From Octopus vulgaris (lineage: Eukaryota): DNA of 64,000 nucleotides. The position numbers and the translations under genes were made by a program. The stretch covers positions 78,306,001-78,370,000 of the forward strand of contig OX597816.1 of NCBI GenBank assembly GCA_951406725.2, written 5' to 3'. Positions 38,336 through 50,560 of this stretch are shown here, piece by piece; the stretch's first letter is position 1; every line of letters starts with the position of its first letter. The notes under the pieces were generated by a model that saw only the letters and a program-made list of their open reading frames with translations, was not told the DNA's origin and ran no database searches.

Positions 38336-38694
38336 GTGCCACCGGCACAGAAGCCCCGACCGGCTTCTGTGCCGGTGGCACATAAAAAGCACCATCCGAA
38401 CGTGGCCGATGCCAGTCTCCAATGGCACCTGTGCTGGTGGCACGTAAAAAGCACCCACTACACTCGCGGAGTGGTTGGCAAATTTGCTTCCATTTCTTGC
38501 CGGGTGTCTTCCCGACTCCTAGGGCAAAGAAACTCATAGTATACATTGGTAGGCCATTAAACCAAACTCAATAGTTCGTTCATTTAAAAAAAAATTTTTT
38601 TTTAAGTTAAATTAAAATACATGAGCAGCAACAGTTCTCACATCGACAATGCCCTTCTCAATACGTGATGTACCAGTTAAGATGTGATGTACCA

Positions 38695-38758
<64 letters not shown>

Positions 38759-40697
38759 GTGTGTATGTATATATATATATATCTGTTCTACCCATGCATG
38801 CATGGAAGATGGATGTTAAACGATGATGATGATGATGCACCACTGGGGACCATCTCTGCCAATTTCTCTTCATGACATTTCCACCAAACATCATCTCTCT
38901 CTTACTGTAGTATTATGCTGATGTAATTAAATACCAGTGGAACTGGTTACTTCACCAACGTACCATACTACCCAGAACCTTTTTACCTGATGCCTATCCT
39001 TCTTCCTTAATACTGTCCTCTGTCCTCATAGCCTATTTTTACATTGATTGCTGTCTTGAGCTGCCAAATTATATCCTCTCCACTTCCATATATTTCTCTC
39101 TCTCTTTTCATTTACTACAGTTACCACCACACTCTTTCTATCATGTGATTGTGAAGTAAACTTCTTATGACACAGCCATGTTTTGTCAGCATGCTGGGCA
39201 AAACGTTTAGCAGCTAATCTTTCAGCTTTTTACATTCTGAGTTCAAATTCTGTTGAGATTGACTTCATTTCATCCTTTCAGGGTCGATAAATTAAATATA
39301 TCTCTAGAGCACTGGGGGTCTATATAATTGATTAGCCTCTTCTCCCATAATTTTAGGCCTTTTGCCTTAGTAAATAGGATTATTATTATTGTTGTTTTGC
39401 TGCTCTTCAGCCCACTTTTATCACACTCTAAGTTATCTCCTTTCCCTTACTACCGCAGCAACCATGTGTATCATTGATCACCCTTCTCTTCCCTTTTCCT
39501 TACCTTTCCAATTTATCATCCCTCATAATATTCATCCCTCATAATATTCCTCCCTCATAATATTCTCTCCCTCACTTGTGCTTCTTTACATCCTCCCTTT
39601 CCTAACTCAAACCAGTTCTCACTCTGCCATACATGCTTACAACCTCAACTTACCTACCACACACTTCTTGTCTCCTGCGCCCACTCACTTCCACTATTTT
39701 TATCTCTTTTGAGCTCCACCCACTGTTCTTTTATGTGAGTAGATATGTAGCATTTTTACAGCAAAAACTTGTTTTGGCTCTTCCTCTCACACTCTAACCC
39801 TGGATCCTCTAGCATAAATCCACCTCCCCACTACATTAGCCCCATTCAGTTAAAGAGAATCTTAGCCTTACAAGCTGTATGGTTATCTCACTAGTACTGG
39901 TGCTATGAAAAATGAACCCAATAAATGTTGTAAAGTGATTGGCATCAGAAGGGCATTCAGCCATAGAAACCATGCCAAAATAGACATTGGAACATTATGC
40001 AGTCTTTGGATCCATTGGATCCTGTAACACTGTTAAACTCATGCCAGCATGAAACACAGACATTAAATGATGATGATGACCATCTCTATATATATATTGC
40101 AAAATCTCTCATTACAGCTCACTGTAACGACAATTCTTTCATTTACATCATCATCATCATTATCATCATCACCATCATCATCATTGTTTAACATCCGTCT
40201 TCCATGCTGGCATGCGTTGGGCGATTTGACAGGAGCTGGTTAGGCAAGGGACTGCATTGGGCTTCTGTGTCTATTTTAGCATGGTTTTTACAGCTAGATG
40301 CCCTTCCTAACACCAACAACCCAGCAGAGTGGACCCAACTATCCAGCATTTAATATTTCCATTTGTCATTCACTCTCTCTCCGTCTGTCGTTTCAGACAT
40401 CTCTACTAGGGTGATCATGTGCAAAAACACACAATAAATTATTTTATGTGATTAACATATATAAGTATGTCATTATGTCTATATGTATGTATGGTTGTTC
40501 ATTTGTTCATTCTGTTTTAGAGGAGTTATCTATAAATTAATGAAATGGGGATTCTTTTCTAAAACATTATGTCTGTAAAATATTTGCTCTGTAGTTATAT
40601 TTAATTTCAGATTTCTGGTCACTTTGATCTTTAATTCAAGAATCTTCCTATAATATTCATCATCATTTAATCTCTGCTTTCCATGCTGGCATTGGTG

Positions 40698-40740
<43 letters not shown>

Positions 40741-40759
40741 AAGTTAAATAAGGCTGATT

Positions 40760-41430
40760 TATGGAATTACCTTAGATTTCATGTCCATAAAGAGCTTGGC
40801 TTTAAGGCGTGTCATCAACTCCCAAAACCTGTTGGCTAAAAGCCTTTCTAGCAAGTGGCCTCTCTAGAATATGGAGGAGGAGGAAAGGATCCCGTTACTT
40901 AATGTCAACAAAGGGGATTGTCTTCTCATGGCTTTTGATTGCTGATATCAACAAAAGGGGTTGTGTCCCTTTGTCTATCGATTGCTGGTGACCCTATTAT
41001 CCCATGGGTTCCAATAGGTTAGCAGGAATTTCCTGAAATGTAAGCATGGTCTGAAGACCTCCATTCTGGAGTTCAGGATGTTCCCTGCGTCAAGGGAGTC
41101 TTTTAAGATCCTCACCTGTTCCACTATGCATAATTTACAGCAATTGGTCCTGCTGATATAGGGGGCACGGATTTTCTATGATTCTCCATGATATTATGTA
41201 TGGAATCCCGTTGTCTATTAGCTGCCATACATGGCTAGCTAATGACATGATGAATCTCCTTTCCTGTATCCTGAAGGAGAATTTGTGGTTGGAGAGGTGT
41301 TGCTTAAATGAGTTCCTGGAACAGCTGATGTATCTCTGTGGTCAGGTGTTGATGGTGGTGTGTCTGTTGGTGTCAGCGTCGCTGCAGCTGCTGTTGCTGG
41401 AATTGACACTGTTGGCAAGGTTGATAGAAC
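40760..41430 (-). mobile_element. Second Naiad-type PLE: GIY-YIG C-terminal fragment
   Basis: Minus strand NSFKQHLSNHKFSFR..SLASHVWQLIDNGIPYIISWRII..PYISRTNCCKLCIVEQVRIL..ILNSRMEVFRPCLH. Confidence 0.8.
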
Positions 41431-41439
41431 AATAAAAAA

Positions 41440-42700
41440 GAAGAGACAGGCTTAGAAAGATTGGAAAGAAAGTGGCATCAGTAATCTATACCAGGTAGCT
41501 AGAAGGAATACTAAGTGACAGGTGTACTTATTGATGGGAGAAGCAGAGTATGAGAAGTTTACCCATGTTTTACAGTGTAAGGATCAGAGGCATGAGATAT
41601 TTCAGATTGCTAGATAATCTAGAGAGAATCAAAACATTGTAAGAGATGAGTATGGATAGATAATGGTACTCTTGTACCTAGTGATTCTGAAAAGAAAGAG
41701 GCTTGGAAGTACTATTATGAAAAGCTATTAAATATAGAGAATGTATGGGAGAATCTTTTCAGCATAGACTCAGCTGAAGGACCAGCCCTTTTAGTAAAGA
41801 GATAAAACAATTAAGGATATGATTGCAGAAAAAAATCCCTGGCCAATGAGAGATTACCCTGAGAGGTTTAAAACAACTAGTAGACTAGCAAATGGCTTTA
41901 TGAGAGGTAATTATAAGAGTAGCAAATTGCTGAACTAAATCATGAATGTCACAGGAAGCCATAACTCAATTGATTAAGCAAAGGGTTTGCCTAAATGAAA
42001 TGCTGTTCAGTTTTGTGCTAGGGAGAAGTACTGCTGATGTCATGTTCCTAGTGAGACAGCTATGGGAAAAGTACTTAGCTAAGAGAACGATATTGTATGT
42101 AGCAGTTGTTAACCTGGAAAAGGCCTTAAAAAGAGCCTCTTGCTAACACTAAGGAAGCTAGGAGTAAGTGAATGGCTTGTGTGATCCATCCAAGCCATAT
42201 ACATGATGCTGTCAGCAAAGTGAAAGTTAGCAATGAGTACAGCAACAAGTTTAATATATAGGTAGGGATCAACTAAGTTCATTGTCAGTTTGGCCATTCA
42301 ATATCCAGGATCTCGAGGCTGTGATGATGGACTGAGAAGTGTGGCAGATGGACTTTGTTTCTGCAACCTGGGTTGTAACCTGGCCATAATAATAGGTCCA
42401 TTGCTCAGTCCTCTTCTATTTATCATAATCCTTCATGCTTCAACAGAGGAGTGTAAGACTATATTGTGGGAATTCCTATATGTTGAACCTCATTTTTATA
42501 GCTAAATTTGTTGTAAGGTTAGAGTAGATCTTTTAGGTGTGGAAACAAAATCTGAAATGAAAAGGCTTCAAAGTAAACTTAGAAAAGACTAGAATATTAG
42601 AAAGTAGAAAAACAGACAGGACTCTGTTATTGCCTGGCTCCCTTGCTTAATATGTAGAAATGTAATAGATAGAAATGTACTAAATCTAAAATACAAACAC
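41440..42700 (+). mobile_element. RTE LINE RT fragment, heavily degenerate
   Basis: LNEMLFSFVLGRSTADVMFLVRQLWEKYLAK..VNLEKA; LLSPLLFIIILH. Confidence 0.8.
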
Positions 42701-42989
42701 ACAAAAGGGGCACTGGAATCATAAGCAGTTAAGCAGAAACCATCATCCATTTGCACTGCTTGAACAGATTCTTGTAACTTTTTTGTTGCCATTCATTTCT
42801 TTCATTTATCACATTTGGCAGGCCAAAGGGATTGCAATCTATGTCATCACAAATCTGCTTGATATAAATCTTGATTTGTTGTCCTCTGCTAGCTCTTCCT
42901 TTGGTAGGCTCTCACAGAAGACCTTCACTAGCAATTTCATATTTAGCTCTCCAGAAATGCCTTGTGAATCTGATTATACTTTTTATGAT

Positions 42990-43278
42990 ACAGTTCTATA
43001 TTTAAGAGATGAGGAATTATGTACATTGTTTACATCATTTACATTTGACAGGCATATGGCGTAATGGTTAACTCCAAGATTCCGAGTTCAATTCCAGGCA
43101 GTGACCTGAATAATAATAATAATAACAACAACAACATCGAAAAATGCATTAGGAATGAGAACCCAGGTTCGAAATTTCCACAAGAAAGGCTGGAGGTTAT
43201 ATCAGCTGAAATGCTGTGTTAACAACAAACAAAATGAGGACAAATATCCATCAAATGTAAATAATATAAATAATGTAC
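42990..43278 (+). mobile_element. Inverted-repeat-bounded cassette with a tRNA-like Pol III head and a hammerhead half-motif
   Basis: 29 bp IRs at 43021-43049 / 43250-43278 (25/29). A box TGGCGTAATGG (43057), B box GAGTTCAATTCC (43084). AAGGCTG-N10-CAGCTGAAA at 43186-43211. Confidence 0.65.
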
Positions 43279-43789
43279 TTTTTATGTTGTCTGATACTGG
43301 ATGAAGGTTCCTGCACAATCACTCATTGGTTAGATGATCTCTCCAAGTGACATTCAGAGTCATTCTTTGCATGCGAGTGTAGGTATCAAAAGGTTCCCGT
43401 ACTAGTTAAGTTTAATAAAAGATAACTTATTTATCTGTTTTAACATCATCACCTTTGAAATAGTCACCTTGCACATACGCTGGTCCCAGTGTTCCTGTCC
43501 CTTTTGGAATTTGGCCTGGAAGTCATTTACTGTTAGTGAGTCAAGGACCTTCTACTATTTGCTTGGGATCTCAACAATGGTATTAAAATAGCAGTTATTG
43601 AGGTGCATTTTCATCTTTGGGAAGATATATGTGGTGTAAACAATATTCAGGAAACAAATAAAATTAATGGAGAGAATATATGCTCATCTTTATGTTTGTG
43701 CCAGGTTTCTTTTGTGGTGAGAGGTTATTTGATTCTGACACCATATTATGGTGTTTGATAGTGATTTATGTAATTAGATAAATTAAGAT

Positions 43790-44970
43790 GAGACTTCACA
43801 TGTAGTTCAGGGCCATTAGAGCAAAGAAACAAGTCTGAAAGAGTAGTGATAGCAAGGAATTGTATGAGGTAGCAAGAAAGGAAACTAGGAGGCGGGTATA
43901 CCTAGCCAAGTGTGAAGCAGAAAGGAAGAAGTTTGCCAATGTTCTGCAGCATGTGGACCAGTGGCTTGAAGTGTTTTGGTTTGCAAGACAATGTGTCAGG
44001 GAAAATTGTGATGTTGGAGAGATGTGAGTTTGCATGGATGATGGTTTGCTTGTAGTTAGTGACTTTGCATAGAAAAAGGCTTGGAAGTGCCACTGTGAAA
44101 ATGTTGAGAACTCATAGCAGAAGGAGAGTCTTTGTAATGTGGATCCAGCTATTTGAATAGACAATAGCTTGGTAGATAAAGCCATGAAGAATATGATGAT
44201 GGGGAAAGCCCATGGCTCATCAGAAATCACTGCTGAGATGCTTAAAATATCTGGCAGTGTGGGTTATGGTCTAGTTACCTGTATAGTCAAACAGGTTGTA
44301 CACGAGGGAGTCATATCCAGTGACTGGTGTAGCAGCACCATAGTCAAATACTAAAAAGGCAAAGGTGATGTCTTAGACAAAAATAATTACAGAAGTATCA
44401 AATTGTTGGATCAGGTAATGAAAGTTGCGGAGACGGTCATAACCCAACTAATTAGGAAGAGAGTTAGTCTAGATGAGATGCAGTTTGGTATTGTGTCAGG
44501 GAGAATCCCCAATGATGCTACATTCCTGGTAACACATCTGCAGGAGAAGTACCTAGCCAAAAATAAACCTTGGTATTTGGCTTTTGTTGACATGGAAAAA
44601 GCCTTCAACAGGATTCCCCTCTCCCTTATCTGGTGGTGTGGAGGCACATGGCCTAGTGGTTAGAGCAGCAGACTTGTGGTCGAGAGATTGTGGGTTTGAA
44701 TCTCACACCAGGCGATGTTTATGAGCAAAACACCTAAGCTCCACCCGGCTCTGGCAGAAGGTAATGGCGAACTTCTGCTGACTCTTTCACCACAACTTTC
44801 TCTCACTCTTTCCCCCTGCATCTTGCAGCTCACCTGCAATGGACTGGTGTCCCATCTAGGTGGGGAACCTATACACCAAGGAAACTGGGAAACCAGCCCT
44901 TATAAGCCAGGCATGGCTCGAGAAGGAACAAACTTACCTGGTGGTCATTGCAGAAACTAGGGATAGAGGC
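43790..44970 (+). mobile_element. RTE LINE RT fragment interrupted by a SINE
   Basis: GKAHGSSEITAEMLK; LDEMQFG..LQEKYLAKNKPWYLAFVDMEKAFNRIPLSLIWW; resumes WWSLQKLGIE after 44933. Confidence 0.88.
44638..44932 (+). mobile_element. tRNA-derived SINE with a 13 bp TSD
   Basis: A box TGGCCTAGTGG, B box GGTTTGAATC. TSD CTTATCTGGTGGT (44625-44637) / CTTACCTGGTGGT (44933-44945). Confidence 0.9.
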
Positions 44971-45139
44971 CATCTACCTGAAGGGATTTGCGATTAGTCT
45001 GCCTTCCTACTTATTAAGATTTTGGTTTTTACTAGGTTAACTCCAAAGCTCTTGCTTCCATATCTGGAACTTCATCTCATCATCATCATCATCGTTTAAC
45101 ATCTGTTTTCCATGCTGGCATGGGTGTAAAATTGGTTCA

Positions 45140-45620
45140 CATACAAATGTGAAGGGAACAGTGTATGTATCCTGCAATCAAAACAAAGATCTTGATCTAC
45201 ATGCAATGAAGTGGTCAAAGATGAATTTAGTTGAGGATTTCAGGCATCTTGGTAGTTGGGTAAACAGTTCTGATACTGACAACATCAGAAAAGCACAAGC
45301 TTGGACAGTGTGCCACAAATTCACTCTTGAGAATATGCAAGTCAAGACTGTCAAGGGAAATAAGAATCAGGCTTCTTTACTACTGTTGAGTTAGTACTGT
45401 TAAGTAAGGCAGTGAAGCATGGACACTTATCAAACAAGCAAAGAAGAATTGAGAAGACTGCTTCACAAGGACACTGTGAATAGTCCTAGATAAAAAATGG
45501 CAACAATACATGCCCAATGAGCATTGGGTATGTATTGGAAGCCTTCCAAAAATGACTAACAAGTTCAGAGAACGATGTCACTACATATGAAGTCATTGCA
45601 TGTTGCACCAGGAACAAACA
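45140..45620 (+). mobile_element. RTE-clade LINE fragment (RT thumb and C-terminus)
   Basis: LVEDFRHLGSWV..IRKAQAW, followed by GSEAWTL. Confidence 0.7.
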
Positions 45621-47339
45621 TCAAAGCTTGTACTCTGGAATTGACAGCACAATACTGGCAAATGTGAGAGAAGTCATCTTACATTTATTGACAATCTGAA
45701 GGAGGACATAGGATTGGATTCTATTCACAAACTGAAGGTGACAATGATGGATCAAGATGTTTAGCAAAATGGCTTGGTCTTTGAGGACAGGATAGGAGAT
45801 TGATAAAAAAATGAAACCCATGATCAAGTTATTCATTATATTCATTCATTTATAGAATACCAATGCAAAGTTTGAAGAAAATGTGGTTGCTCACTATTTG
45901 GTCAAACGACAGCATAAAAATTCTCTCATTGTTTGTATTTACTACTTTTTTATTGCTGTTAATGTTGCTTTACTTTTGCTGCAGTAAGCATCAACTCTCA
46001 TAGTCCCTTCAGCAGCTACAACACACTACTACAACTCCATCCTGAAAACGCTTTCTCTTTCCTTCATTGAAGACTAGGGGTGTGGAACTCTTTAATCATG
46101 GGCAAAATGTCAATGGTATTCAAATTAGAAACCATTTATAAATGAAGTCTCTTAACATCCATTTGTAAAAAGTTTAAACCAGCCATCAATCTATCTTCCC
46201 TGCTTACTATTTCTGGGAGGCTCATGAGGGTAGAGTCCTCAGACACTCCCTTCAAGAGGTCCTATTGGAAGTAATTATAATTAGACTTTCTGCATTCCTA
46301 AACATGGCCACTGAGATTATGGATATTACCCAACCAGCTTATTCTTGGTCTACCCCTAGATCTCCTGCTGATTGGCTTGGCTTGAAGGAGCTGTCTTGCA
46401 ATTGTTTCCTGTGACATTCTAATCCCATGTCTGTAGCTAAGGAGAGTGCTTCTACATGTTCACTTGACCTGTTAAAAATAGCAACCTAATTCCTCTTAAA
46501 CCACATCATACCAGCTTTAAAGAGGGAGGATATATTTGATAGTCTTGGGTATATTGTTTGAATATTAGATAAACTAGACATGGCTGGAATGCTTTGATCA
46601 TTGGTCAGTTTGACAAGTGCTGACTGGGGTTGGCGTGGTGGTGCTGTCAAACCGCAAGAGCAGGTGTGCAGAAATAGATTGAATTGAGGAGAGAGTATAA
46701 CATGTCCAGACTATCACATTGCACCCCATGCAATTTCCAAATGTGCAATGCTATCTTTAACAAGGCATATTCAAGGTTTATCAGAAGCTATCTGTGAATT
46801 ATATCTAATTATTTGACTATTGTGCTGGGTAAAGATTTGCTGAATCAGGGCTGACTTTGGGTTAGATATCAGCAAGAACAATAGCAACAATGTTTTTCAC
46901 ATAACTAACAACTATAATCAGTGCCTTAGTCATACTCAAGTTCTATATTTAGAAAATATCTTTTATATCTGGTATATTGTTTCAGAGGGTATCTGTGTAA
47001 TGAATAGTCTACACATGATATTCTCTCATGTAATTCTACACAGTATAAAAGCTAATGTTATATAATTATAGCTCACAGGTAGAATGTGGTTGCATACCAT
47101 AGCTTGCTAGAAAAGTGTCACACGAAAGTTGTTATAGAGATAAAAAAATGGACTTTATTTAATTAAAAGTACACTAAACAATAATGATTACAATAAAATG
47201 GGTACATTTATGTTTATACTTAATATGCTTGTGTATACTCAAATGTGGAAAGAATTCCACTGTGGCAAATGTCTTGGAAGAGAAATTCTCCTTATAGACA
47301 ATGTGTGTGTGAAACCACACTGAACTGAGACATCAGACC

Positions 47340-47378
47340 GTAGGAGACATTTCTGCATTGTTAGCCTTCATCAGCTAC
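47340..47378 (-). ncRNA. Degenerate minimal type I hammerhead motif
   Basis: Minus strand GTAG-CTGATGA-AGGC TAACAAT GCA-GAAA TGTC TC-CTAC. Stem I GTAG/CTAC is intact. Confidence 0.5.
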
Positions 47379-48389
47379 AAACACTGAATCCATCATTTAT
47401 AACCCACTAAGAACTGCCTATCTTATATGTACACAGGAAAAAATTAATTTACTGGCATGTGCAAAGCTTTGTTAAGCTGGAATTAATTAATGAAAGGTAC
47501 TCAAAGCAGTGATCATTAAAATAAAGCTGTGTAGATTCATATTTACTGTGTTAATGTACACATAAATGTAGGAATTTTCTTGAAGTAAATGTGTTTGAAA
47601 ATACACCAAGTTAAGTTATGAATGATGTCAGATTGTGGAATGCATTTATTTAGCTAAAAATTATAGGGATAGAATGTAGTTAACATGGAATACAACAAGA
47701 CTTCTTTCAAAAGCAACTATATTCCTGTTGATTAACTATATTCAACCCTGATTGAACTTGACCCATGATAAAAGGTATTCCAGCTATAACCAACCCTTTG
47801 TTGTTTTTGTTTTCAAGCATAGTGCATCTAGGATGCTATGTGGTCAAACATTCTAAACTGAGTCAAGAGAAAAGTCACTTGACTGATTTGATCAATTGCT
47901 AATGGACATGTTTCAGCCTTTGGTTTACAAGAGTACTGTCATCTCTGTGTCTTTTCTGTCACTACTATAATGGACTCTGTTCTTGGGATCAGGCTAGTCT
48001 CATACCTCCTCCACTTAAACACTCTCTCTCTCCACCCATCTCTCAACCTTTTATCACCCTTGTTACCACCCAGACTGCAATGTTCAGTCCTTCCTCCCCA
48101 GAAAGTTGTCTTTCTGAAATCTTTTCCCTGCTTGTAGCTTTCCTGAAAATGTTTACCTGCAACAGTTTAACATTAATGGCACCAAGTACACCAATGTAGA
48201 AGGATCTGCAAAAAGCCATATTACGGGCACTGCCCTTTCTTTCAGATTGAACATGTAAAATATGAAGTACCGTATGTATCTAATGTGTCCCTCCAATTTT
48301 TTGAAATGGTAGGTTAAGTTCACACTTCTTACTTTAGCTTAGTTATCACAATACATCAACTTAAAAGTTTAAGTAAAATCCATGAATGA

Positions 48390-48800
48390 CATCTTCATCA
48401 TCATCATTTAACATCCACTTTCTCATGCTTGCAAGGGTCAGATAGAACAGGCTGAGGCAGATTTTCTATGGCTGGATGCCCTTTCTGTCACCAACTCCCA
48501 CCTGCTTCCAAGCAAGATAATATTTCTCCAGGCATGGCCATACATGTAAGATATTAATTTACCTCATCATCATCACCATCACCATGATTGCTTTAACATT
48601 CACATTTCCATGCTTGCATGGGTTGGATAGAATTTGTTGTGATGGATTTTCTATGGCTGGATGTCCTTCCTGTCACTAACCATCATCTGTTTCCAAATAA
48701 AGTAATATTTCCTCATGACCAGACATGTTTTCATGGAAGATTGGAACACTGCTTGCATGATGGTGGCACTCATTTACTACTATCATGCAATTTTAAGACA
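48390..48800 (-). mobile_element. Two tandem (GAT)n-tailed RTE-type SINE copies
   Basis: 48405-48540 resembles 48593-48730 (TTTAACAT.CAC.TTT..CATGCTTGCA..GATTTTCTATGGCTGGATG). Further copies at about 2020, 4085, 29060, 31800, 37267, 39880, 40190 and 51350. Confidence 0.75.
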
Positions 48801-48816
48801 AAGAGACAGTAACACA

Positions 48817-48869
<53 letters not shown>

Positions 48870-48934
48870 ACACACACACCACACATACACATGTCTGTAT
48901 GTGTATATGTGTGTGTGTACTTCTGTGTGATTTA

Positions 48935-49468
48935 CAGAGTGACCCCCACCCAAACAAAGAACCCATAAAAATTTTATTAAATCCTACAAAGGTCCAGCAA
49001 GCTTCTTGGAATTTGTTGGACTTAAACTTTGGTCTGTGTAGGATCATTCCCTTTACATAAAAGTCATGTTCTTTTCAAAATATGCTCCAAATGGCATACA
49101 TCGCGCAAGCACTTGCATACATTGCGCAAAATTGTCAATTACTCAAACACATTCCTCTTTGGAGATTTCCCTGATTTCTGCTGTGATTACTGTCTTCAGT
49201 TCACCAATCGTTTGAGGGTTGTTCTGGTAAGTATCATCCTTGAGACACCCTAACAGATAAAAATCTGTGGGGTTTAAGTCTGGTGAATATGGTGCCCGCT
49301 CAACATCACACTTCCTGCTGATCAGTCTCTCTTGACATTGCTCTCTCTGTCAGGCTAAGAAGTCATTTGATGCGGGTGGGGGTGGGGGGTGAGGGGCATC
49401 TTGCTGGAACCACTGTTCATCTCTATCTATCCCTCTGCATTGTGGGTTCTTTTTTTTTGGTCACCCTG
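48935..49468 (-). mobile_element. Internally deleted Tc1/mariner element
   Basis: TA|CAGAGTGACC ... GGTCACCCTG|TA termini. Minus strand APYSPDLNPTDFYLLG. Confidence 0.85.
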
Positions 49469-50214
49469 TATATGTCTGTGTGTATGTCTGTCTGTGTGTA
49501 TTTTTGAGTGCATGTGTATGAGTATACATACATATATTTCTGGTATTAAATCTAACTACTTTTTGGATATACACTTTTTATACACTTTTTATATGCATCA
49601 GTACTGACTTTCTCACAGGTAATGTCTTCCCCATATATTGCACAAATGTAATTCTTTTTTCGAATTACACTTCATATTTGTGACTGTTGAAGTTATAGAA
49701 TGTTATTCAGACACTCAACTGCATCCACTGCATCTTATAGCAGAAACAGCTGTAAGTTTATGAAGTTCATAACAACCGTTTTTTTCGTGTGTCATCTTAT
49801 TTTCGTATTACTGCTCTATACTCATCTAAGAATTTATTCTTAAGCATATGTATATTGAGTTCTACATCAGGTTATTAGTCTTGCAATGCCTAATTGATAT
49901 GTATACATACACTACTATCTAAAAGTTTAAGAGCACCTAAACTTACTTTGAAAAAACATCTACAAAATGGAAATAACTGAGAGATTCTGGTGAAATATTT
50001 TATTAATACATAGCGGTTCGGCAAAAGAGACCGATAGAATAAGTACTGGGCTTACAAAAGAATAAGTCCCGGGGTCGAGTTGCTCGATTAAAGGCGGTGC
50101 TCCAGCATGGCCACAGTCAAATGACTGAAACAAGTAAAAGAGAAAGGAGAAAGAGTTGCATTCAATGAATGACATAGTTAACTCAGCAACTAAACAAAAC
50201 TGAAAAAATCAGAG

Positions 50215-50560
50215 AAAAACTCTAAATCTTAGACTCATCGAAATATTTGCCCTAGGCCTTGATCACTATGGAGCACAATCTGGACATTCTTTTGACCAAT
50301 GAAAGCAGATATTAGCTGGCTACATCTTGCCACTCCTCTTGTAAGAGTGTCCAGAAGGTTTCTGCACTACTTGGTTGTCACTTTTTGACTCTGTGATCCA
50401 ATTCATCCCACACAATTTTGATGGGATTGCAATTAGGGGATTGGGTTGGCCGTTCCATTACAGTGAATATTTTTCATCCATTTTCTTCTGTAAATAGTTT
50501 TTGCATAGCTTAGAAGTATGTTTAGAATCATTATCTTGCATCAGCACGAAATTATTACTG
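50215..50560 (-). mobile_element. Tc1-like DDE transposase C-terminal fragment
   Basis: Minus strand LMQDNDSKHTSKLCKNYL..ERPTQSPNCNPIKIVWDEL. Confidence 0.8.

Noticed and set aside
37895-38546. Many overlapping ORFs rich in YI/CV/HT (also 16800-17156, 26046-26647, 27641-27950, 58620-58929)
   Set aside because: Translations of stop-free microsatellites, not genes.
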